Below, in pieces: positions 1 to 10,588 of a stretch of 33,603 nucleotides of DNA. The stretch lies in NCBI GenBank assembly GCA_001938525.1, contig MQRL01596018.1, forward strand, positions 1-33,603, written 5' to 3'. This stretch comes from Dugesia japonica. Its lineage: Eukaryota. The stretch's first letter is position 1. Every line of letters begins with the position of its first letter. The notes beneath the pieces are model-generated. The model was not told where the DNA came from. It did no database searches and was given only the letters and a program-made list of their open reading frames with translations. A program made the translations under genes and the position numbers.

Positions 1-466
1 CACTATAAATATACTAATTATTTTTATTTGAAAATTAATAATAAAATAAGATAAAGTTTGTATACGAATAAAATATCAGAATAATAAATGTTTTTTCACA
101 TGGGTTTGATATTTTTTGGTCTGCTCTCATTGATTTATAATTACTCATACTGAATAACATAATTGGATAAAAATAAAGTTTGAATGATTAATTGTTGGAT
201 TTGAGTAGATTGTTTATGGTTGAGATTTTGTTGGACCAGTTGGGGATTTGATGAGGCTAATTGTTAAGCCAGGTTGCTAGTTGGATTAGCTACGAATCCT
301 ATTTGGTTGTTATATTGTGTTGTGCGTTTTTTGTTATGCGTGCGTGTGATTTGTCGGTTGTTGTTTTCCAAACAGTAATATCAATCAAATTATAAATAAT
401 ATTAACAATGAAAATGTGGCAGGATTTCTCCACAATGACATAAACACATGTTCTTTACCTTTTTGC

Positions 467-3382
467 AATTATTGGAACGATATACATCCCGGATGATGAA
501 ATAACAGTTGAAACATCAATTCTATCAATAAACGAAGAGCGAGATCCGGATATTGAATATTATGATGCACCATGCTGTAATAGCAAAATATTGTTGCGTA
601 TTGTTGTTGTGAATATATTATTAAGGAATTATGATCACATATTCGCCAAGCACGAATATGATCTGGGTATTACTAATGTATTAGAGCACGAAGTTGAGCT
701 AACTACAGATTAATCCATAAAACAGAGACCTTATCCAATTCCAGAGAAATTGGAAGATGGTGTGAATAAACAAATAAAGTTAATTCAAAAATATAAAATC
801 ATTAGTGATAGTAAATCACTGTATCAATCGCCACTTATTGTTGTAGCAAAGAAAGATGGTTGAGTTAGATTGTGTAACGATTTTAGAAAATTTAATGAAA
901 TCACTGTCAAGGATAGTCATCCTTTGCCACCATTAGGTGGATATTCGACAAGTTAAAGAAAGTTTTGTATTATTTCGTCGGAGATGCACAAAAAGGATTT
1001 TATCAAGTTGGATGTGGAAAGGAAACTAAAGGTATGACAGCATTCTCCACTAAATCGGGACATTATGAATATAATGTCATGCTGTTTGGACTCACTGAAG
1101 CACCAGCAACATTTCAAAGACTAATGAATAAAGTTTTGGAAGATGTACCATTTGCGATGGTATACATAGATGATANNNNNNNNNNNNNNNNNNNNNNNNN
1201 NNNNNNNCTCAGCAATTTGGAGGAAGTATTTAAAAGATTAGAAAAGGCTAATATTAAATTAAAACCAACTAAATGCAAATGGGGAGAAGATGAAGTAATT
1301 TATGTTGGTCATGTGATATTTCATAAAGGGATAATCCTGATCCTGCTAATATCACCAAAGTTCAAAACTTCCCAGCACCAAAGAACCCAAAACAAATCAA
1401 AGAATTTTTAGGTATTGCAGGATATTATCGCAAGTTTATTCGAGATTTTTCGGCATTGGCTTTTCCATTAACTCAATTAGAAAAGCAAGGAGTAAAATTT
1501 ATTTGGGGCCCAGAACAACAGGAAGCTTTTGAGGAGCTTAAGAGGCTGTTGACAACTGTACCAGTTTTGAGATATCCCGATTTCGAAAAACAGTTTATAG
1601 TGATGACCGATGCTAGCAATAAAGGCATTGGTGCTTTACTAGAACAGTTAGATGAGAATAAAAACGAATATGCTATTAGCATACGCAAGTAGAGGATTGA
1701 AACCTCACGAGTAAAACTACGCAGTAGTTGAATTGGAAACTTTAACAGTAATATTTGCTATCTATAAGTTTCGGCATAACCTTTGGGGTAGAAAAATTGT
1801 TATATTTACTGATCACAAACCATTACAATGGTTAATGAAACACAAAAACGACTCATCAATATTAATTAGATGGGCCTTTAAACTACAACCATACGATATC
1901 AAGATAATCTACCGAAAGGGTAAAGAGAATTCAAACGCAGATGCATTGTCTCGTGTGTAACAAGATGATGAACCCGGAGATTTAAAAGAAGAGAGACTCG
2001 AAGGAACTATATTCACTATTTTAAAACAGGTTAACGATCAATCAGAAGCAATTCAAGCACAATTAGAGGATGAGGAGATCAACCAGACTAAACTAGTATT
2101 ACAGACTGGAATCATACCAGCTGAATTTTAAAAGTTTTGGTCAAAAAATGAAGGAAAGTTCATAATGGAGGATGAACTTGTCAAATACCAGGAAACTATG
2201 GACAAAGTCGTCATGGTTCCAAAGATGCTTGTAGAAGCAGTAATGTTGCAGTATCACGATGGTCAACTAGGAGGACATATATCTGCAAAGAAAACTATAT
2301 CAAGAATTAGACAGAAATAATTTTGGCCAGGTCTTAGAAAAGATGTAAAAGAATGGTGTCAAACGTGTAAAGTTTGTGCTACTAGGAGAAATACTGGGGT
2401 TTAGCCTCGTGTACCACTAAAACCTATGCCAGTTCCAACCTCGCCAATGGAAATCTTAGCCATGGATGTGTTGGGACCGTTTAAGCAAACAAAAGATGGA
2501 AATAAATTTATTTTGGTATCTTGTGACTACCTAATCAAATGGCCATAAGCATTTCCTATGCCAGATCATAAAGAGGGATACTATGGCAAGGATATTTGTA
2601 GAGCAAATTGTATTTAGGTATGCCGTGCATAAGAAATTATTGACGATAAAGATACAGACTTCATGCGTAACTTATTAAAAGGTATAAATGAATATTTTGG
2701 AATATTAAAGTTGAATACATATCCATATCATCCACAGACTGGTGGATTAGTCTAAAGATTTAACGGAACATTAGTACAAATGTTGGTATTGTATGTCAAC
2801 GCAGATCAAATTGATTGGGATGTTCATATTCCAACTTGCTTGTTTGCATATCGAAATGCAGTGCACTCAGGTACAGGTTATTCACCATTTTATTTAATGT
2901 ACCTACGAAATAGTAATATCCCAATAGATCTTTTTTTCCAAACTCCATTGTCTCAATATCTTAATGAAAAGGATTATTTGTTGGAGTTGAAAGATTGAAT
3001 GCAAGTAGCATGGCCTAAGNNNNNNNNNNNNNNNNNNNNNNNNNNNNNNNNNNNNNNNGAGAATTATGATAAGAAAACCAAACCTCATGAATTAAAGGTT
3101 CAAGACTTGGTTATGTTGGAAGGTCACAACACAAAAAAGGGGTTGTCACCTAAATTGATAAGAAATTTTAAAAGACCTTATGAAATTATCAAAGCAACAG
3201 AAACAAATTTGGTATTAAAATTATGCTCAAATAAAAAGGCAGAATCTATATTAGTTCATGCTAATAGAGGTAAAAAATATTATCCAAATGAAAAAGAAAA
3301 GAAAGAGATGCAAAAACTAGATAAAAGACCAGACCAAACCAAACCAGATTTACAAGGAAATAGATATTCAATTCGAAATAGG
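467..3382 (+). pseudogene. pol: Gypsy pol (RT, RNase H, integrase) with stops and frameshifts
   Basis: RT motifs [38 protein letters not shown]; RNase H TDASNKGIGALL, FTDHKPL, NADALSR; integrase HHCC zinc finger (~2255-2380), YHPQTGGL, and a GPY/F-like RPYEI. Confidence 0.95.
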
Positions 3383-4270
3383 ATGTTGATGAACTCGGTC
3401 ATGTTTATAACTCTACTCAGTTGTCTAACAAGCATAGAAGCCCAAGAGATATTTGAGCCAAAAGCAGTGCCTATGGAGATAATGATACTACGAAGATGGT
3501 ATCACATGTTTTCTATTCAAACAACAGTCAATTCAAAATTTCAATATTACGTAACATTTATTTCCGAAGGAAAAGGAACTAATTATATCATGGGATATAG
3601 GAACAAGGAGATTAATATCACAAATTTAAGAGCTAATCATACCTATTCTATGCAGTGTGGGTATATTGGTATATTGGGAGAATGTACAAACTACAGGATG
3701 GTATCTTACGACTTTACCAATAATCAAAGTTGTAATAACTTATTAAAGCCCATGTCTAATCTTCACGAAAATGCATACAGAGTCGGAGGAAACGTTAATC
3801 GAACTTTGCTACCACACACTTGATGTAAACGTACGCTTGGACCACAAAGCTAGCGTAGGGAGATGGGGCTCCGAACTCAATTATAATATAACAATCAAGT
3901 ATTATCAACAGAAAGAAGGATCAACAACTACCTACTTGGTATTGTCAGATGAAATAAAACCAGTTAAGGTTATTAAGAAACCTGTCTACAGGAAATTAAA
4001 CGCAAAACTCTGGAGTAAAATTAAATGTGTCAAATGAATATTAATTTAGAAAAAGCAGCACTTAAAATGGCCTCAACGATGTGTAATTGTTCCACAGCGA
4101 CACCTTTAAATTTCAAAGAAAATGACAAAATGCAAAAGCGTATTCAGATAATAATAGCATTGCTGATAGCAGCAATAGGCGTAATATCAGTGTAGTTGTG
4201 GGCACAGTATAAGTTAAAGAAACTGCGATTGAGTTTTGTGCCTGAGAATTTATGCGAGATGGACAGCTGA
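3383..4270 (+). pseudogene. Integrase-fused type-I membrane glycoprotein (signal peptide, FN3-like ectodomain, TM, short tail)
   Basis: In frame with IN after RYSIRNR: hydrophobic MLMNSVMFITLLSCLTSIEA; FN3-like YYVTF...INITNLRANHTYSMQC; N-glycosylation sequons NIT, NHT, NQS, NRT, NCS; TM IQIIIALLIAAIGVISV*LW (~4142-4202). The C-terminal half is conserved in copy B. Confidence 0.75.
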
Positions 4271-4353
4271 CTAAGCCGCCCTAAAGTGAAGATTATATGT
4301 ATTATATTTATATTTATCATATCCTTATTTATATTAACTAAAATAAATATTCT

Positions 4354-4380
4354 TATATATATATATATATATATATATAT
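4354..4380. repeat. (TA)n microsatellite
   Basis: Read directly from the sequence. Confidence 0.95.
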
Positions 4381-4441
4381 GCTTAAAAAAGAAAGCAGTT
4401 TTTGCATAAATATTCCCGTTAGTGGAAATATGCTTTTTAAG

Positions 4442-4499
4442 AACTGCCAGTTTTGGCGTATCACTAGATGTGATAAGTTTATTAATTTTTTATTTTTAG
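4442..4499 (+). promoter_or_regulatory. Conserved hairpin(s) plus polypyrimidine/AG 3' splice acceptor in front of the accessory ORF
   Basis: aactgccagttttggcgtatcactagatgtgata...ttttttatttttAG is closely matched by copy B at 19394->19337. Confidence 0.6.
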
Positions 4500-6369
4500 A
4501 TAAAACAGTGGCAAGTTCCAGCAATCCAAACAATCAATATGGAGATCAAAGGAGCAGTACAACTGTTCAAACTATCTTCAAAGAGAAATACATATACCGG
4601 CAAATTGAAAGCACTTTCTTCAAGGAGAAGCATAAATATCAAAATTACGCAATATATAAGACAGAAGATCTCCCCAACAACTACAATTTCTACCAAGCAC
4701 CAAAAGGGACAATGTATATGTCTATCATGTCGGCTAGAAAAATCGCGAATCTATTCGACGTATTTCCGGATATGTAAAAAAGAGATTAAAACGTCTAATA
4801 CGTGGATTCATTGTATCCATAAGCCCTATGCAGTTTATATTGCAGTTACTGAAGATATAATATACTTGGATAAGTGTACTATTCTTGAAATATCTCATGG
4901 GGATGGGAGAGCGAAACGCTTATCCTTTCAAAGTGATAAAAATGGTACTATGATAGTAGTTGAAATACTAAGCATAGTGAAACCTCGCGTTATCTTCTCA
5001 GCTAATGAGCCTTTGTGAACATATAATGTGAATATGAACGATATGAAAATTTTATAGTCATTCGTTCGATTATCGCTAATGCAGCTTCAAGAAGACAAGC
5101 TAACTCGCTGCACATTATTGTACAATCAGAGAAAACTTAGCTCCAGCATTAGTAGCTGTGACAATCTTAAATTTCGATGGGTAATTATTAGTTAATTCAA
5201 TAATCACTCCCAGACAACCAGTTAAACACTATCGGTCTCACGCTCACGGTCTTCAAGAAGAACAAGTACGAGGAAACTGGGACGGAGAAGATGCGAAGAT
5301 CGAAATCAGACGATTTGTCGACGGACGAATCATAATTGGAATTGTCGTCTCCGATCTCTTGGAAGCAATTGGATTTCCTTACCCAAGAGTATTAGGAATC
5401 AGAGATCTGGGAGGAGCAAAATGTTTCGAAAAACTTGGTTTCCAGAAATGCAAGGGAGCAAACAGAATAGCATACCTACAGAAGCAAATACTCCCAGACG
5501 AAAACATAACATCAACTAGTGACTTCCGATCCGAAAAGGATACTCAAGTCATCAGAAAAATTTATCTAAAAGTACGAGATCAATGGGAAGATTATATTAC
5601 GAGTGACAACAAATCTAATACCCTCAAGTCTACTGCGAAGGCTATAAGCCAGAATAAAACAGCGTGGAATTTGATTCCATTATCCCCAAACAGCAACCAT
5701 GAAGACGAATTGGGACCTACACCAAATATTTCACTCCAAGAATCCGAAGTCAAAGAGATAGACATCCACGAGACGGCGGAAGATTTGTAACAACCAGAAT
5801 CAGAAGAAATCACAAAGAATATAGAGAAAAGATACCCAGGTGTTTAAATCACCGGTATAACAGAAGCTTCACCACCAGAAGAAGGTGACTAAGCTCTTCC
5901 TCCCATCAAAAATGAAATAGGAACTGAAGAAACTATGTGTAAAATAAGAGGATTGTCCCCATCCAACGATCGTGAAACGATAAAACTCAATACATTTTTA
6001 GATTTGGACTCCTCACAAGCACTTTACTTCCAGAAGCCTGGAGGAAGTTGGAAAAACCGTATCGAGGTTTATGACGGAAAAAAGGTAAATCGTACTGATA
6101 TGGTAGATAGCAGTCGAAATTCAGGATCATTCATGGTTGGTGAACGAGAGTACATATGGTCATCAGTGATATATATGGACAAACAAACTGGAGAACTTTT
6201 AGTTATATCTTACAACTTTGATGCGAAACGCGTATCCAAGAAACGTCCACGCATAATTTTTAACCCAAAAAAGTTGTCGCACGTTCCACCATATAGGCCG
6301 AAGAAAAAGAAACCTTCACATTCGGGTCCAAGCCCTAGTCAATCTGTTCCGAGTACCAGTAAGAAATAA
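4500..6369 (+). pseudogene. Retroelement accessory ORF (~620 codons) with a REX4/ISG20-like DEDDh exonuclease fold (~5104-5590)
   Basis: One frame runs from 5104 to 6369 with only point stops. VAVTILNFDG*LLVNSIITPRQPVKHYRSHAHGL...FVDGRIIIG...IRDL...SEKDT aligns by eye to the REX4/ISG20 core. The N-terminal part is homologous to copy B 19336->18950. Confidence 0.72.
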
Positions 6370-6391
6370 AAGATCTAAATAGGGGAAGCCA

Positions 6392-6502
6392 TAGCGTTTC
6401 TAGCTACTACCGCTCTACTCTATCCGCAATCCAAGCACAATGATAACTCTAGCGTTTCTAGCTACTCCCATTCTTCATTGTTGCCAATCCAATCCACAAT
6501 TA
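6392..6502. repeat. Imperfect 58-bp tandem duplication in the 3' UTR of copy A
   Basis: tagcgtttctagctact at 6392-6408 and 6450-6466, each followed by caatccaa..cacaat. Confidence 0.85.
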
Positions 6503-6608
6503 GTCCACGTATCAAGCAGAGTCTCAAATCACATATAAAACAGTCAAATATACATATAATAATGAAACTAACATTTTATAGGAATAAAATGCGGGTGCAT
6601 CTTCTTCC

Positions 6609-6618
6609 GAAGGGGGAA
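6609..6618 (+). promoter_or_regulatory. Polypurine tract (PPT)
   Basis: gaagggggaa lies 4 nt before TGTTGGGG, the typical Gypsy 3' end geometry. Confidence 0.6.
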
Positions 6619-6622
6619 CATT

Positions 6623-7363
6623 TGTTGGGGAAAACCAACCTTGACTACACTTACATGCGGCCACAAAATATACAACATTACACATACATGCATGTATTCA
6701 CAAGATATACAGCAAATTAAAGCAACAAAATCACAATCAATCAAACCGAACCAATCCAAGAGTGATCCTATTTTATACATCAGTGATCATATTCAATTTA
6801 GTTAATATTCAATTCAGTTATCATTTTGATTATCCTGATTTTGACAATTAATTATTCTGAATTATTTTGATTTTGACAATTAATTCTTAATTTTCATATA
6901 ATATTGGACAATTAATTATCCTTTCTAACTATGTAAATAAATTTTAATATTTTGTAGTAAAATCCAAATTTTATGTTTTTATCTTGATACTGTAATTTTT
7001 ATGGTTGTCGTAGAATCCAAATTTTATAATGAATCAATATTGTTTATGAATTAATTGAAATCATGGAATATTGTTTAATATATATTAAAGTTGAAATCAT
7101 GGATCATATTTTAATTATATTTTAAAGTTGAAATCACGGAATATTGTTTATCATATTTTAATTATATTTTTAAGTTGAAATCACGGAATATTGTTTATCA
7201 TATTTTAAAGTCTATGGAATTATACAAAAAAACTAGTAAATGTTATTGATAATCATGTAAATTTTATATAATTGCATGAATATTTATGGAAAATTTTTTG
7301 TATATTATGATATAAAAAATAGTATATTGTTATTGAAAAGAGACATAGTTTTCATTCTAAACA
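6623..7363 (+). repeat. Putative 3' LTR of copy A (TGTT...AACA) with internal tandem repeats
   Basis: Starts TGTTGGGG after the PPT. Contains repeated gacaattaatt (6840-6920) and gttgaaatcaYggaatattgttta units (~7055-7220). The end at ctaAACA (7363) is a guess because no partner LTR is in the window. Confidence 0.5.
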
Positions 7364-7532
7364 CCCTCTTAAAAAACTGAAAAAGTGTTTGGATCTTTTG
7401 AGATCCACAACCAAAAGGTTTAAAATATTTAAAAGATAATTTTTTTGTTAGTTATTACTTAATGTTAATTGTGATTCAATTATAATTCTTAAAAAGTAAT
7501 TTCTTAATTTTCAAATAAGAACGACTATATAG

Positions 7533-7558
7533 TATATATATATATATATATATATATA
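7533..7558. repeat. (TA)n microsatellite
   Basis: Read directly from the sequence. Confidence 0.95.
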
Positions 7559-7659
7559 AGGCATATAGAAAATAACGATACTATAAAATTGGGAGTATCA
7601 TAATTTTCTTTTTAAAATCAATTATATAAACTCACGCATTGTTGATTTATTTTGGCAAA

Positions 7660-7895
7660 TTAATCCCCCAAAGTATCTCAACAAAATGAAAGAAAGAATT
7701 TGTAAGATATTGCAAACATAGTTATTTGCTACGCATACTAACAGCAAGTTGGAATAAGGGAACCCAAATCAAATGGAGGTTGTCATGCACTTTTTGGATT
7801 GACAGGCACCAACCTTTTCCCAAAAATAGCGAACCAAGACGTTCTTTCCAATTCTTATTGGATGTAGTTCCCATAAAAGCGTGGATAAATGAATA
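7660..7895 (+). mobile_element. Possible heavily deleted hAT transposase remnant
   Basis: Fragments KYLNKMKERICKIL, LFAT and PILIGCSSHK (resembles the hAT CxxH motif); broken frames. Confidence 0.3.
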
Positions 7896-8640
7896 AGATT
7901 TATAGTAATTTATATTCAATAAGATCACCCTACAGTACCACAATATATGTAACAATAAATTTTTAAATAAGTCATTTTTGTTTTTTTATTTAAAAAATGG
8001 CAGAGCATAAGAGATTTTCAATTCGGGTTCATGTTTTCCTTCAGCAGAACAAAAATTGGAGTAAAAGAATGAAGAAACTCAGGAAAGATCCAAATATTAA
8101 AAGAGCAGATCAGTACAATTGAAGATAAGCATATTATATCAAAGGGTCGAGAACACGTTCTATTGCATAGCAACCGGCTACTCGTTGATATTAAAACACT
8201 CTAATTAAAGGCAGTATTATAACACATATATTTCACTGAAAACAATAAAATTTATAAAGAAAATTAATCGGTATAATCAAAAAATTTCAAAAGTTTATGA
8301 TCCACGAGACTGTAATTATTGGTAGATTAAAAGTTTTAATCTTTTGCCAAAATTCATACTTATTATCAATCAATTTTACATTTAATTTTTTAAAAATTAA
8401 ATGTCAAAAAATATATTACTTTTCAATAGTAAATATTAGATTTTTTGAAATTTGATTTGAAATGTGATTTCTTCGTTTAATAATTTTTATAAAAGTAAAA
8501 TGTTTTTTTAAAACACATTAATAGAAAAATTAAAATACTGTACCATCGTAATTTAACTTTAAATTTATTATATTTTTCTATCTAAAATTTGTTTAAATTT
8601 GTAAAGTAAAAAGAACAGTTTATATTCAAAAATAATTAAT

Positions 8641-8686
8641 GTAAGTGTTCATTTTTATAAAGTATAGTCATTTTTTTAAAAAATAG
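8641..8686 (+). other. 46-nt 5'-UTR intron of RPS21
   Basis: GTAAGT...aaatAG ends 1 nt before the ATG; length matches the PRP4K mini-introns. Confidence 0.8.
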
Positions 8687-8687
8687 C

Positions 8688-8954
8688 ATGCAAAACGACC
8701 TTGGAGATTTTGTGGATTCATACATCCCAAGAAAATGCAGCGCATCCAACAGAATTATTGGTGCCAAAGATCATGCTTCAATTCAAATTATTTTAGCTGA
8801 ATTGGATGCTGAAAAGGGTACAGTTACCGGTAAGAAAGCTGTTTATGACATCTCTGGTAATGTACGAAAAATGGGTGAATCCGATGATTGTATCAACAGA
8901 TTAGCTTATAAAGATAAAATGTTAACTGATACCTTTTTCAGGAAACAACAATAA
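8688..8954 (+). CDS. RPS21: 40S ribosomal protein S21 (eS21)
   Basis: [31 protein letters not shown]...[14 protein letters not shown]; intact 88 aa; AATAAA at ~8950 and 8961. Confidence 0.98.
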   Translation: MQNDLGDFVDSYIPRKCSASNRIIGAKDHASIQIILAELDAEKGTVTGKKAVYDISGNVRKMGESDDCINRLAYKDKMLTDTFFRKQQ

Positions 8955-9271
8955 ATTAAAAATAAAAGTTGGAATACTTTAGTTTTTATTTTAGTTTTAT
9001 TATTTTATTTCGATTGGTTATAATAAATTCGACTGTCGTATTAAAATTTTATTCAAAAAAAAACATTGATCCTTGGTTAAATTATTATCGATTAATTTAA
9101 ATTACTTTAGCTTTGCTTATATTTTGTCTAAAAGCTAAATATTGATATTTATAGAAATATGCGTATTAATTTTAGAACTAAATTTTCATTAAATTTACAC
9201 TCGTTATTTTGATGAGCAATGTGTGATATAATAATTAATCATAACATTTCAGTTTGTTAAATTCACTAAAT

Positions 9272-9710
9272 TTTTTAAACTCCGTCAACGGATCCGTTAT
9301 CGCTTGAGACAAGTTTACTACGTCATAGCAATTTAAATGGGTATTAAAGTTATCAAACTCAAAAACCCATGTTATAATAATTTGAGTACAAACATTTTAT
9401 GTAATTACACCAAACAAATGTGTCTAAATACATTTTAAAACGAACTTCTTTAACAAGTAACGAGATTCCAACAAGTGGGGAAAAATTTTTTTTTATTAAC
9501 AACCATGGAAGAAAACCCCAAATAAGATAAAAATTAATTAATTTTAAGGAAAAAATAGAATGGATCACGTGACTCGTAGTTTGGTTTGTGCATATTTTCT
9601 TTCCTTAGTTATTGGCGATATATTCACTAAATCAAGTAATTTTTGAAGTGTGTTTTCAAAAAAGAAATAACCAAATTTGTGAAATCGGATCCGTTGACGG
9701 AGTTTGAAAA
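9272..9710. mobile_element. MITE / non-autonomous DNA transposon (~430 bp)
   Basis: Perfect 20-bp TIR aaactccgtcaacggatccg (9277-9296) / cggatccgttgacggagttt (9686-9705); non-coding interior. Confidence 0.85.
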
Positions 9711-10588
9711 TTATTGAAGCCTTCTGTGAAAATGTTAAATTAATNTTTGAGAAATTCGAAGATAAATGATTAATGAAAGAATTTAATGAGAAAAATTAGG
9801 GGTGCGGAATTTTTTGTATTTTCTCCCAGTATTTTATTGTGCCTAATTACAAGAGCCCGAGCAATTAAAGTAAATTTTAAAAAATAGCAGAAATACAAAG
9901 GGTATTCACTTAAATATAGCAAATAGAAAGTAAGCTCGGTGCTGACCGGGAAAATATACATAAAGGCGCATGACTGTGTGACATAAGTCATGGATTTTTC
10001 ACTCACACAAACGACAGTCTCATGAGCACTAACGTAACGGCAGTTAAGAAAATTGGTAATTTAAGCAGCTGATTTCCGTCTGAACAAACTGCAATGTTTG
10101 CAAAGTCGTCGACTTTAAAATTGTACTTTTAAATGCACTTGATGGCTGACAAAAATGTTGATATGCACGTTGTACTTCAGCAAGAAATAAGGGATGTATG
10201 GGACGACAAAACGACTGTCCATCCATACACCTCAGACTAAAGTTCGTTCACTTCGGCGAGGTCCATACACTGGATGCCCGCTGACATTTAGGATCTTCAC
10301 ATCGTTGAATTTCAGGAATTTCTATTTGCAAACACCATTCTCTATGCGTGAAGAGTGAGGATTTTTTTGCGCCGGGTTGTTCGAAGGTCTCATTTTAAAT
10401 TATTTTCTTTCATAAATTTTCTTTTTTAATATATTTTCCATTGAAAGTTCTAAAATTTTCATTGAAACTTTGAAAATGATCATCATTGAAGCTGCACATT
10501 TTTGAATACTTTTCTTGATCATTTTCTGAATTATTTTTAATCTTTTTAATAAATTTTCAATAAAATAAATATAAATGGTCATTAGTGT

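Larger units (their letters stand above)
467..7363 (+). mobile_element. Ty3/Gypsy LTR retroelement, copy A: 5'-truncated and decayed; pol, membrane protein, accessory ORF, PPT, putative 3' LTR
   Basis: RT-RNaseH-IN order, colinear homology to copy B from ~470 (IYIPDDEIT...DIEYYDA vs IYLTDDEIT...NIEYYDA), PPT and TGTT start at 6623. The right end is tentative. Confidence 0.88.

Noticed and set aside
4144-4533. Hydrophobic ORFs 4144-4533 (-) and the N-terminus of 4286-4777 (+) as membrane proteins
   Set aside because: They result from AT-rich sequence and the (TA)n run (IYIYIY); homology to copy B starts only after 4499.
467-6369. Alternative genetic code suggested by many in-frame TAA/TGA codons
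   Set aside because: RPS21 and PRP4K exons are stop-free in the standard code, and the TE ORFs also carry frameshifts, so this is ordinary decay.
7997-8200. Short ORF-like stretch MAEHKRFSIR upstream of RPS21
   Set aside because: About 41 codons, with no motif or splice support.
8688-8954. RPS21 as a processed retrocopy
   Set aside because: Intact ORF, GT-AG 5'-UTR intron, no poly(A) tail or TSD.
10044-10395. GC-richer, Cys-containing minus-strand reading frame
   Set aside because: Interrupted by stops and no recognisable motif, so it cannot be assigned.
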